Below, piece by piece: positions 46,288 through 55,460 of a stretch of 64,000 nt of DNA. Source of the DNA: a virus. Positions within the stretch are counted from its first letter, which is position 1. Each line of letters opens with the position of its first letter. The DNA lies in IMG/VR virus record IMGVR_UViG_3300050821_017570, positions 64,001 to 128,000 of that record; one strand, 5' to 3'. The translations under genes were made by a program, and so were the position numbers. Under the pieces are notes generated by a model that was given only the letters and a program-made list of their open reading frames with translations, ran no database searches and was not told the origin of the DNA.

Positions 46288-47349
46288 CTACGGGCCGCGC
46301 GGGGCCTGTGGGTCTGGCTTCACTTGAGTCGACGGAGCTTGCTCCGCCCCTTCAAGAATCTCCGCAACGGCAGGGTAAGTGTCCTTTGCGTTGAATCGTG
46401 AGGAGACTGAGGTTTCGGCAGGAGGGCTGTGGTGCGGGGCTCCGCAAAAGTGCTCCTCGTGATCGAGGACCTCCTGACCCGATGGTGCCACCGGAGTCGA
46501 AGAGGTTGTGCCTTCCAGCTCGATCACCGCAACCGTGTCGCCCAGCGACGGCAGATGGGTGAACGGCACCATCTTGGCACGCACGCCACAGCCCTTCTTC
46601 TTGTACGGGCAGGTCAGCATGCTGAACATCTGGCGACGCTCAACCGTGACCTCCTGCCGACAAGCCGAACACCAAGCCGGCACTTCCTGTTCGTCCCAAG
46701 GCTTATACGGACGATATCCCTTGAAGTCGTCACCATCGCTCCAGCTGGTACGTCTCCAGTCCTGGCTCGCACCGCTCCAGGTGAGAGGCTTGACCTTGAG
46801 GTCAAACTCCGCCTGAAGGGCCGCCCGACGCGGCGAATCCGACGATGCCTCGACCGCCCACTCGATGTCGAGAACCGCATAATGCTTGTCGAAGTCGAAC
46901 AGATCGAGCTTCAACTCACCACGCTTGTTGCCGATCGCTCGGATCAGGAACGGAGCCTCGTTGCGCTTCCAGAGCCCGACCTGAGTGTCGTCCTGACCAG
47001 ACGGTTCCACCCCCATCGTGTGATGGGAATGGAACCAGTAGTAGAGACGATTCACGTCGGCCTTGATGACCGGATTGGCATTCCGGCCCAGCTCGACCGC
47101 GAGCTTACCCAGCCCCTCGGTCGAGATCTCGTTGGTACCGGCGTTGACCTGCTGGTCGATCAGATAGACCCGCTGGACCACAAGGGTCCCATCGGCCAGC
47201 TTCTCCACCGCACCGAGCATCCCCACCTCAACGGTGGCGATGTCGGTGATGATGGCCTGATCCTCAAGAGCCTGGCGGCTGATGATGATCTTGGGAACCT
47301 GAGCCTGAATGTCATTCTTGAACTTGTGCCCAACAAACGTCATGATCAA
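46288..47349 (-). CDS. JAB/MPN+ metallopeptidase (deubiquitinase-like) with C-terminal Cys cluster
   Basis: VEVGMLG Glu plus HSHHTMGVEPSGQD = exact H-x-H-x7-S-x2-D JAMM motif. Confidence 0.88.
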   Translation of the reverse strand: MIMTFVGHKFKNDIQAQVPKIIISRQALEDQAIITDIATVEVGMLGAVEKLADGTLVVQRVYLIDQQVNAGTNEISTEGLGKLAVELGRNANPVIKADVNRLYYWFHSHHTMGVEPSGQDDTQVGLWKRNEAPFLIRAIGNKRGELKLDLFDFDKHYAVLDIEWAVEASSDSPRRAALQAEFDLKVKPLTWSGASQDWRRTSWSDGDDFKGYRPYKPWDEQEVPAWCSACRQEVTVERRQMFSMLTCPYKKKGCGVRAKMVPFTHLPSLGDTVAVIELEGTTSSTPVAPSGQEVLDHEEHFCGAPHHSPPAETSVSSRFNAKDTYPAVAEILEGAEQAPSTQVKPDPQAPRGP

Positions 47350-49043
47350 TCCTTCTTCGCACCAGCGGCCTTCGCCGCCGGCTTGGCCATCTCGGCCAGC
47401 TCAGGGTATTCGGCCAGCTCGGCAGCATAGCGAGCCTTCTTCTCGATCGCCAGGGCAGCGCGCTGCGCCTTGACGACCTCCGGATCGGCCACCGGCCACC
47501 GGTTCACCTTGCTACCCGCGCTGTCGTCCACATTGACCGACTGCAGGTACAGGATGACGGCCACGATGGCCGCCTTGTACTCGAACGACGCCACCAGCTC
47601 GGTGACGGTCGACCCGATGTTGCCCCAGCAGGGCTTACCGCTGGAGAACACGTGCGGAGCCTGCATGCCCGTCTCCTGGGCATCGACGGTCTTGCCGATC
47701 GCGAACATCTTCACATCACCATTGGTGGTGTTGATGTTGATGCGCATGCACCCCACGGCATGGAGCTTGTTGACCCGAGGATCCGTCACATAGAGCGGAT
47801 CGGTCTCGACGGTCAGCACGTCGCCCTTGAAGGTGACGTTCGCCACATGCGCCAGCTCACGCAGAGCAACGAACTCCTTGGTCAGCTTGGCGGTCTGCTG
47901 ATCGGTCGTCAGGCCACGGGCCTCGGCGATCGCCTGTAGATGCTCGATATTGCGGGTCGACTCGATGATCTGACGCTTCGCCGCTGCGAGCGCCTCCTCT
48001 TCCTTCTTGACGTTCTCGACCGCGTTCTTGCGCTCGATCTCGAATCGCTTCATCGACACCGCGACATACTTCTCGCAGAGGTCGCGATAGTTGGGCGGGC
48101 GATACCCACGCGTCATGATCTTGACCGCTTCGGTCAGATAGGTCTTGAGCAGCGTGAGGGTCTTCCCATCGTTCACCGCATGGACGGCATCGAAGGTGAT
48201 GTAGAGGTTGTTGTCGTTGAAATAGCCAACCTCATCACCCTCGGCCGACATGATCTTGCCACCCTGCTCCCACGGCACGAAGTGGCCGGGCGGACGCTCG
48301 GTAACCTGATGCCCCCACATGGTCTCGGGCACCACGAAACGGGAATCCGGGCCACCCGCATCGGGCGCCGACCAGATGAACACGTTGAACGTGTCACCGG
48401 CGATCGGAGCCTGCGCGCGGCCGTGCGGGATGTAGACGTCGATGTTGCGCTTCACGTAAGCGCCCAGGATGTCCTTGAACGCCTTCAGAACCGAGTCACG
48501 GAAGCCCGCATCGGTTGCGATCGTATAGTCGGTCCAACCCTTCGGGGTCACGACGACGGCCGAAGCCTCCATCGTGCCGATCCGCACCTTGTGGGCGGTC
48601 GCCGGCTTGGCCGGAGCGGCCGTGGCAGCCGTGGCAGCCACGGCGGGAGCCGCTGCCGCAGGAGCAGCCGCCTGAGGTGCCGCAGGGGCGGCCTCAGGAG
48701 CTGCGGGCGCGGGAGCCGCTGGGGCAGCCGGGGCCGGAGCGGCACCGGCCGTGATGGCGGTCAGCTCGATCGCATTGATCGAACTGTGCTGCTGGGCACC
48801 GATGACCCAGCCGGCGCGAGCCAGACGGTCGAGACCTTCACGCGTCACGAGGAAGCACTGCTGACCGTCAACGTTCATGCCGTTGGGGGTCATGTTGTAG
48901 GCACCGACGTTGGCCAGGTCTTGCGCCGACACCACATCGGTCCGAATGGCGAAACTGACATCGACGACCGTCGGAACCGCCTCAGGAGTGACTCCCTCGG
49001 GGATCGTGACGGTGGCCGGACGAGGACGAGAAGTACGAGCCAT
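47346..49043 (-). CDS. Large protein with coiled coil and C-terminal E2 (UBC-like) domain
   Basis: AAAGGA RBS; C-terminal APHVFSSGKPCWGN matches the prokaryotic E2 PH...C active-site signature. Confidence 0.72.
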   Translation of the reverse strand: MARTSRPRPATVTIPEGVTPEAVPTVVDVSFAIRTDVVSAQDLANVGAYNMTPNGMNVDGQQCFLVTREGLDRLARAGWVIGAQQHSSINAIELTAITAGAAPAPAAPAAPAPAAPEAAPAAPQAAAPAAAAPAVAATAATAAPAKPATAHKVRIGTMEASAVVVTPKGWTDYTIATDAGFRDSVLKAFKDILGAYVKRNIDVYIPHGRAQAPIAGDTFNVFIWSAPDAGGPDSRFVVPETMWGHQVTERPPGHFVPWEQGGKIMSAEGDEVGYFNDNNLYITFDAVHAVNDGKTLTLLKTYLTEAVKIMTRGYRPPNYRDLCEKYVAVSMKRFEIERKNAVENVKKEEEALAAAKRQIIESTRNIEHLQAIAEARGLTTDQQTAKLTKEFVALRELAHVANVTFKGDVLTVETDPLYVTDPRVNKLHAVGCMRININTTNGDVKMFAIGKTVDAQETGMQAPHVFSSGKPCWGNIGSTVTELVASFEYKAAIVAVILYLQSVNVDDSAGSKVNRWPVADPEVVKAQRAALAIEKKARYAAELAEYPELAEMAKPAAKAAGAKKD

Positions 49044-49066
49044 TTGTATCCTTTGAAACGACCAAG

Positions 49067-51325
49067 TCACGCCTCACCGACGTGAATCACATGGTCAAGA
49101 AAACCTTTGAGTGACGCATCATGTGTGACAATCAGAATCTGTCTGCCCTTGGCTTGCGAAATCTCGCGTAACCTCAGGAGCAGGTTCTGAAGATGGACGA
49201 TGTTTGCCTCGTCCAGATAAGCCGACGGTTCATCAAGAACCAGCAGGCCCATGTTCCGGGCAAACGTATCGGCCATCGCTAGCCTGAACGCAACCGACGC
49301 AATGATCTTCTCACCTCCGGATAGGCGAGATGCGTCTACCTGAACACCCTTCTTCTCTCCACTGATGAAGAGAATACGGAACGCCATATCGGCGTCTAAC
49401 CACATTCGAAACGGAGATTCGAGAAGTAGCAAATACTGCTCGATATGGTTGTTGAGAATCGCAGAGTATTCACGCATCGCCAGGGCTGGATACCCAGATA
49501 CATGCATAGCCTCTCTGACCTGTCGAACGACTGCGACCCACGCGTTATCGTCAGCCTCACGCTGAGACTGCTCAAGTAGGCGTCGCGCCTCACCTTCACG
49601 CTGTGTCGCTAGCCCGCTGGCGACACCAACTTTCAACGTCAGTTCCTGTAATGCGCGGCTGAGACCAGGATAAGCTTCCATCTGGCGCTTAGCCTCGGTC
49701 ACTTCCTCCATAGTTGGAATGTTGTCAATCTGACCTAGCTGATCGAGATACTCCTTTGCCTTACAAGCCGTCGCAGCCGCCTGGGTGATCCGCGTGACCA
49801 ACCCAGCGTAGCGCTCATTCGCTACCGCGACAGCCGTTTGAAGCGTTTGGAACTCCGTGACGATCGCTCGTAACTGAGTCATCAGGACGCTATCCGCCGG
49901 CTCGGTAGGCAGGCCTCGCATCTGACTGGTAATCGATTCGACATCACGACTCAGCAACTGGTGGGCGCGAGCCAGCTCGGTCAGTCGGGTCAACTCGGCC
50001 GTCTGGAGTCGCAGGTTCGTCTTGAGAACGTCGGCTTCACCTTTCAGCAACTTGCTCGTAATCTGATCGATCTGATTCAACTGGCCCTGTACGGTAGCAC
50101 GCTGCTCTTGCAGGACTGCTAATTCGGACTTCTTCCGCTGAACCATCTCTGGCCCGCCATGAACGGTCTGACCACACGTCGGACAGACCCCACTTCCAAG
50201 GTGCTGACACTCACTCGACAGTTGGCGCTGGCTATCCGATAGCCGTGCCAGCTCAACCTCCAGGGCTTCCTGACCTGGCATCTTCGGCCGCGCGGCTGGC
50301 GTCTTAACCATCCATTCGAGTGACTCCAACCGAGCGGTGTCGGCCTTGATCTGATCCGCTAGCGCGGTTTGATCTGCCTGGGAAAATGGTGCCAGCTGGG
50401 TCTTCTGAAGCTCAGCAAGCCGCTGACTCAGCTCAACCCATCGTTCCCATTGTGTGTGAGCCTTCTCCAGCGATTTGATCTGTTCGACCGCACTAATCGC
50501 AAGAGCCTGGCTAGCGTCACGCTGTGCTTGTTTGGCCACCAACGCTTGGTGGGCCTCATCTGCTTCCAGCCGAGCAGCCTCACACTCTTGCGTCATCCGC
50601 TCGTACTGCTGGGTCGCCTGGGCAACCGCAGCCGTATGTCGGATCGCTTCACTGGCCCGCTGAAGCGTCTGCTGGTGAACCGCCAGTCCCTCTAACGCGA
50701 CTTGCGTCCGTTGAAGGTCGGCTTCTGCCGCTACCAGTTCGGCTCTCGCCTTGGTGGTTGCAGCAACCGCCTCGGCCAGAATGTCTGTCAGGTTAGGCGT
50801 GACCTGGTAGAGATTCTGCTCAACCGTCAGGAGTCGATAGACCTGCTCGGTTCGATCGAGCCCAAAGCTAGCCTGGAACTCCTTGAGCCGGCTGGTTGGG
50901 CTGGCACACAAGATGGCCTCAATCTTGGTCTGCTGGATGAAAACATTGTCCAACAGGAGATCGATCGGAGCGCCAAACATGTCCTGGATAAACAGATCCA
51001 GTTCACCGGCCTTGTTGATACGGGTGCCTGGTCCGGTCAGAATCGACTTGGCCGGCAGATCACGATAGATGTGCCGGACGATCTGATACTCGGTACCGGC
51101 TTGATCGAACAGACCTCTGACCTCTGCGTCGGCCTGACCGTCGCGGATGTTGTCCTTGTTGTTGCCGCTGTTGACGCTTCGACCCGTGAACAACAGTCGG
51201 ATGGCGTCGCAAAGATTCGACTTGCCACTTCCGTTGGCACCCACGATACCGTTCAGGCCAGGTCGAAACTCGACCTCCAGACTTCGATGTTGGCAATAGT
51301 TCGTAAGCAGGAGTGATTTTAGCAC
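49067..51325 (-). CDS. sbcC: SbcC/Rad50/gp46-like SMC ATPase
   Basis: GANGSGKS, long coiled coils, Zn hook CPTCGQ, LSGGE signature, LVLDEP, IVTH. Confidence 0.92.
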   Translation of the reverse strand: MLKSLLLTNYCQHRSLEVEFRPGLNGIVGANGSGKSNLCDAIRLLFTGRSVNSGNNKDNIRDGQADAEVRGLFDQAGTEYQIVRHIYRDLPAKSILTGPGTRINKAGELDLFIQDMFGAPIDLLLDNVFIQQTKIEAILCASPTSRLKEFQASFGLDRTEQVYRLLTVEQNLYQVTPNLTDILAEAVAATTKARAELVAAEADLQRTQVALEGLAVHQQTLQRASEAIRHTAAVAQATQQYERMTQECEAARLEADEAHQALVAKQAQRDASQALAISAVEQIKSLEKAHTQWERWVELSQRLAELQKTQLAPFSQADQTALADQIKADTARLESLEWMVKTPAARPKMPGQEALEVELARLSDSQRQLSSECQHLGSGVCPTCGQTVHGGPEMVQRKKSELAVLQEQRATVQGQLNQIDQITSKLLKGEADVLKTNLRLQTAELTRLTELARAHQLLSRDVESITSQMRGLPTEPADSVLMTQLRAIVTEFQTLQTAVAVANERYAGLVTRITQAAATACKAKEYLDQLGQIDNIPTMEEVTEAKRQMEAYPGLSRALQELTLKVGVASGLATQREGEARRLLEQSQREADDNAWVAVVRQVREAMHVSGYPALAMREYSAILNNHIEQYLLLLESPFRMWLDADMAFRILFISGEKKGVQVDASRLSGGEKIIASVAFRLAMADTFARNMGLLVLDEPSAYLDEANIVHLQNLLLRLREISQAKGRQILIVTHDASLKGFLDHVIHVGEA

Positions 51326-51588
51326 GGTGCCTCATACAGAAGTGTAATGAAATCACGTTCTGGCAGGCTTGGATGACGCCAGAGCCCATCCTTCCACGTG
51401 CGATGACAACCACCACTACCGGTTCGTTGCCAGACCGAATTAGAATACGTGACTGATTCCGTCATAGCCTCACACCTCGCGATATAAACGATACCATCAA
51501 CACGGGCTACAACCGAATCGCTCAGAATGGTTATACGTAGGTTCTGGTTCCTACACTGCCAGATTTGACCTCGTTTGCGCGTAATCAT
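51319..51588 (-). CDS. GQIW-family small protein #27
   Basis: RKRGQIWQCRNQ...DFITLLYEAPC. Confidence 0.78.
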   Translation of the reverse strand: MITRKRGQIWQCRNQNLRITILSDSVVARVDGIVYIARCEAMTESVTYSNSVWQRTGSGGCHRTWKDGLWRHPSLPERDFITLLYEAPC

Positions 51589-52019
51589 GATGTGGTTTCC
51601 GGATCATACAACAGAAGTGTGAAATCACGATCCGCATCATGAGGGTGTCGCCATTGGCCATACACAAATTCTCTCGTCGCATGACCGGTAAACGAGAACA
51701 CCGATCCATCGGCACCCGACCGGTACACCTCTACCTGAAAGCTTAGCATATCAACAACTTGATCACCGCGGATATCTACATCTTCGTCATCAAGATGAAG
51801 CAACTTCATCGACACCCGCTGGTCCCGACACTGCCAGACCTGACCGACTCGTAAGCGGCGAGCATCTGGGGCGGCTTCGCGATAAAGGGCCGATAGCTGT
51901 CGGACACGAGGCGAGCAAACAAATCGGCATGCATACCAGACCGCGTACAGACATCGCTTGATAAACCTCACCAGTCGTATGACGGTGGGAAAATCTTCAG
52001 GCCACATACGGTGTCTCAT
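51585..52019 (-). CDS. GQIW-family protein #28 with N-terminal extension
   Basis: RLRVGQVWQCRDQ...DFTLLLYDPE. Confidence 0.75.
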   Translation of the reverse strand: MRHRMWPEDFPTVIRLVRFIKRCLYAVWYACRFVCSPRVRQLSALYREAAPDARRLRVGQVWQCRDQRVSMKLLHLDDEDVDIRGDQVVDMLSFQVEVYRSGADGSVFSFTGHATREFVYGQWRHPHDADRDFTLLLYDPETTS

Positions 52020-52948
52020 TCCCTATGCGGAAAATCGCGCTTCAGGTTCTCGATCGTGTCGTGCTGGAGCTGGAACCCAAACCGCCACATCCGATCCATC
52101 GACACCACATGAGGGTCACCGATGATCCGGAACTGCTTCTTCAGGGCTTCTTTCCGAACATACTCCACCACGTGGTGGCGCTGATAAGTGTCGCCATTTG
52201 TACCGAGATACTGGTGGAACTTCCAACGGTTGTCGTCGTTCCGCTCGGCCAGCCCGGTGCCGGGAATGGTCAGCATGATCAGGCTGATCGGCTTGAGTCG
52301 CTTCAGCATCAGTGGGATACATTCCAGGCCGATCAGACCACCGTACGGGTCGATATCACCAGCATCATATTTGGTACCGCTTCCGAGGAGCCTCGGGATG
52401 GCTTGACGCTCCACGTCGGTTTCCGCGGATCCATCGTAGACATTGACAGTCACGGTGCATCCGAGGTCCGCATAGATCTTCGTCAGGTCGCCCATCACGT
52501 CCTGCTCGCCAGGATTGCTGAAGAACTCGAACACCAGGGGATGGCGGTCCTGCTGATACGTCTGACGGGCCGTGAGGATCTCCATCATCAGGGTGGTCTG
52601 GACCCGCTTCTCCGGCACGTGCCGGGTCGCTGGATCCAACTCGGTCTGACGACGTATGATGTTCATGTTCGAGACGGCTGTCTCGCTCATCTGGCAGGCC
52701 GCCGCGACCTCCTTGTTGCTGGCTCCCTGACGGAGCATCTGCTCGGCCCGCTCATATCGGGTCTGTGGGGGCGTTAGGAGTCCCGTCGTGGGCGCCGGCG
52801 TAATAACCTCCAGCAGCTTCCGTCGCCGGTACGACACCACCTGTTTGGGGATCGCTAGCTCTTCGGCGATGTAGGAGTCGCTGAACCCCTGCTGCAACAT
52901 GTGGTTGATCGGAGCGGTTGCGGCAGCATAGCTGTGACGAATTTTCAT
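52016..52948 (-). CDS. Tandem-HTH protein with possible methyltransferase-like C-terminal domain
   Basis: Two HTH-like segments (SDSYIAEELAI; SNKEVAAACQMS); YDAGDIDPYG resembles the Trm1-type D-x-D-P-Y-G motif. Confidence 0.45.
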   Translation of the reverse strand: MKIRHSYAAATAPINHMLQQGFSDSYIAEELAIPKQVVSYRRRKLLEVITPAPTTGLLTPPQTRYERAEQMLRQGASNKEVAAACQMSETAVSNMNIIRRQTELDPATRHVPEKRVQTTLMMEILTARQTYQQDRHPLVFEFFSNPGEQDVMGDLTKIYADLGCTVTVNVYDGSAETDVERQAIPRLLGSGTKYDAGDIDPYGGLIGLECIPLMLKRLKPISLIMLTIPGTGLAERNDDNRWKFHQYLGTNGDTYQRHHVVEYVRKEALKKQFRIIGDPHVVSMDRMWRFGFQLQHDTIENLKRDFPHRE

Positions 52949-53047
52949 AGGAGCCTCTCTAAGCCGCCCAGCAGGCCCGTAGAGGCTCGCTGTGCTGCCA
53001 AGGTAGTCTGAGTAGGGGGAATGGGGTAGAAATCGATCCTGAGGCCG

Positions 53048-54184
53048 CTACGGGGCCTTGGCGACCCCAGTGCGTCTCAGTTGGCAGAACCGTTCCCTGG
53101 CGTCCCTGATGAGCTGGCCGGCATCACCGGGGTCACTCAGCAGGGTGAGGGCGAGCCGATAGGGCACCGGATGCTTGTCCGGGTCGATCACCCGACCCAG
53201 CAGGTCGGGCACGCTGGGGAGGACCTGAGATGAATCCGCCTGGTCGTCTGGCGTGGCGGGACCGGCGTGACTGCCACACTGGTCGTCCGTCACCAGCAAC
53301 CCGAACCGCTCGGTCAGTGGGATGGCGAGCTTCTGGGCCAGCGCGAACTGGTCGAGTGTCTCGTGGTTCCAACGCAGGTGGAGGACCGGCGGGAGCGCCT
53401 GTAGGCCAGTGAGGTCGGCCGTCAGGCTGGCGAACCGGGCCTCCAGGTCGCTGGGCACCCACATCGGCTGGAGCGTCATCACGGTAAACGTTCTGGCCGC
53501 GATGGGGGCTCGGAACCAGCTAAGGTCCCGGCGCACCACCACACAGCTCTTGGGGCCAATCTGGGCCCAATTGCGGGCATGGGTGGCTCCGCTGTAGAGG
53601 ACTTCCGATCCATGGAGGGCCCGTTGGGTCAGCGGGCTGTGGAGGTCACCCACCAGGGTCAGCGGGATCCCCTCGGGGATCCAATCGGCATCGTGGTTCC
53701 AGGCACCGTCGAACCTGAGGAACTGACGGATCGCCTGGTGGAGCATCAGGATCTGGGGAACCGGTTGGTCAACCAGACTGGCCATCTGCTCCTCGATCTG
53801 ATCGCGGACCGCATAGTCGAACGCCCGTACCGATACGCCGGCGATCTCGACCGGCTTCCCATCCCCCACGTGGATGGGGTGCTCGGATGCGGCGCAGTAC
53901 CAGGGCGTGGGTGCCTTGTCGTGGTTGCCCTGGTAGGCGAAGACCTGGATGTTGTGTCGGTGGCAGCGATCCATCTCGTGGCGAAAGAAACTGATGAGCC
54001 CGCTGTCGGGCCGTACGGTGTCGAAGATGTCGCCACCCAGGACGAGCGGAACCTGGTACTCGATCGCCCGGTCCACCACCTGACTGAAGCCGAGGAAGCT
54101 GTCACCACGAATCAGACGGCGATCCGTCCAGATCAGATGCGACAGGTGGAGGTCGCCCATGAAACACAGCAATGGATCACTCAT
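53048..54184 (-). CDS. sbcD: SbcD/Mre11/gp47-like metallophosphoesterase nuclease
   Basis: GDLH, GGDIFD, GNHD, MLHQ, GDLH calcineurin-like motifs. Confidence 0.88.
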   Translation of the reverse strand: MSDPLLCFMGDLHLSHLIWTDRRLIRGDSFLGFSQVVDRAIEYQVPLVLGGDIFDTVRPDSGLISFFRHEMDRCHRHNIQVFAYQGNHDKAPTPWYCAASEHPIHVGDGKPVEIAGVSVRAFDYAVRDQIEEQMASLVDQPVPQILMLHQAIRQFLRFDGAWNHDADWIPEGIPLTLVGDLHSPLTQRALHGSEVLYSGATHARNWAQIGPKSCVVVRRDLSWFRAPIAARTFTVMTLQPMWVPSDLEARFASLTADLTGLQALPPVLHLRWNHETLDQFALAQKLAIPLTERFGLLVTDDQCGSHAGPATPDDQADSSQVLPSVPDLLGRVIDPDKHPVPYRLALTLLSDPGDAGQLIRDARERFCQLRRTGVAKAP

Positions 54185-54208
54185 AGGTTTATTCTGACCT
54201 ATCTTTAT

Positions 54209-54343
54209 GGGTCCAAATGGTGAATCATCATCTTAAGCACATACTTTCAGTATATTATATCTTTTTAGATCTCTAGATGGATCGTATGAGAGTATAATAT
54301 ACTGAAAGTATGTGCTTAAGATGATGATTCACCATTTGGACCC
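54209..54343. repeat. Perfect 51-bp inverted repeat with 33-bp spacer
   Basis: 54209-54259 is the exact reverse complement of 54293-54343; 17/51 G+C. Confidence 0.97.
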
Positions 54344-55149
54344 TATTTAGGGGCAACACGTCTGTCATTTAAATGACAATAACGTTTGAAATTCATACAT
54401 GACCGAATGGCTTCACCATAATTGGAAGACTCAACCCCACTACCAGGATAGTCACTTAGTGAGACAAAGTAGTCCCACGCTGCACCGCGGTATGGGAACG
54501 ATTGAGTCTCCAAGCCACCAAGATCACGTCTCGTAGACCTTTCATAGATACGATCTGTTTTGATCCCAATGGGGACATCAGATGTCCAGAGACCGACTAG
54601 ATACAGGTAAAACGTCTCGATCCGAACTTCGCTTCTATGGTCCCAGTGGACAACCGTTTCGGTTTCACAGTACCGAAGGCATGGTAGGTATCCAACCAGT
54701 TGATAGGCCGTATGGTTGGCCCGGAACCGAGTCATGATCGCCGGATGTAGTGGCTCAGAAGATACCAATTCGGGATCTGTAACCCGTACGTGCCAGTAGG
54801 GGGCCTCGATCTGGTCGACGAGTGTTCCGAGTCGGTTCTGGTGGACACACCAGCAGCTCGGACAGAACGCATTCCCGCATACGTTGGTTGGACAGATGAT
54901 TGGCTCATCGGATTCGTTGTTTGCCTTCATGAGCCCAACCAACGGCTTGGCAATCGCTCCGATACCACGACACAACCGGCCGCTCGCTCGGTTGTACCGA
55001 TACTGGTCGAGGGTTAGCTTGCCAAACAACCCTGGTGTGATTGCATCCTGGCTGGATTGGATACGCTCCCAAACCTGATATCGGTCGTCGAATTCGGTAG
55101 TCTCGCGGCTAGTCATCACTTTGGTTGGCCATTTGGGAGATTCAGTCAT
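54343..55149 (-). CDS. Zn-finger protein with Rep/IS91-like N-terminal motifs
   Basis: CGNAFCPSC...PYWHVRVTDPEL; stop codon abuts the inverted repeat; no intact HUH motif seen. Confidence 0.35.
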   Translation of the reverse strand: MTESPKWPTKVMTSRETTEFDDRYQVWERIQSSQDAITPGLFGKLTLDQYRYNRASGRLCRGIGAIAKPLVGLMKANNESDEPIICPTNVCGNAFCPSCWCVHQNRLGTLVDQIEAPYWHVRVTDPELVSSEPLHPAIMTRFRANHTAYQLVGYLPCLRYCETETVVHWDHRSEVRIETFYLYLVGLWTSDVPIGIKTDRIYERSTRRDLGGLETQSFPYRGAAWDYFVSLSDYPGSGVESSNYGEAIRSCMNFKRYCHLNDRRVAPK

Positions 55150-55460
55150 GACGCCTCATACAGACAAACCACGAGATCACCCGACATGTCGTTACGCTGA
55201 TGATAAGCCACTCCATTATGATCGACATGCGCGTAGTAGGTTTGATCGCGCGATTCGATCCAGCGTAGCTCGTTAGAGTGAACCGACCAGGCCAGCTGAC
55301 CGTTATGCCACAGTTCCTCACTACCCGAGCACACCCAGTGTGGATTGGGTCCATCCGAACGGGCCACCGTCTGGAGAGTGAACATGCGCTGGTAGTCCGG
55401 TGCACAATCGATCTTGCCGGCCTGCCAGACCTGCCCCGGCCTAAGTGGTTGGAGGGTCAT
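55146..55460 (-). CDS. GQIW-family small protein #29
   Basis: PLRPGQVW...DLVVCLYEAS. Confidence 0.78.
   Translation of the reverse strand: MTLQPLRPGQVWQAGKIDCAPDYQRMFTLQTVARSDGPNPHWVCSGSEELWHNGQLAWSVHSNELRWIESRDQTYYAHVDHNGVAYHQRNDMSGDLVVCLYEAS

Noticed and set aside
44837-49085. Long plus-strand ORFs (44837-45502, 45672-46394, 46429-47430, 47940-49085)
   Set aside because: They are antisense shadows of strongly GC3-biased minus-strand genes and carry no recognisable motifs.
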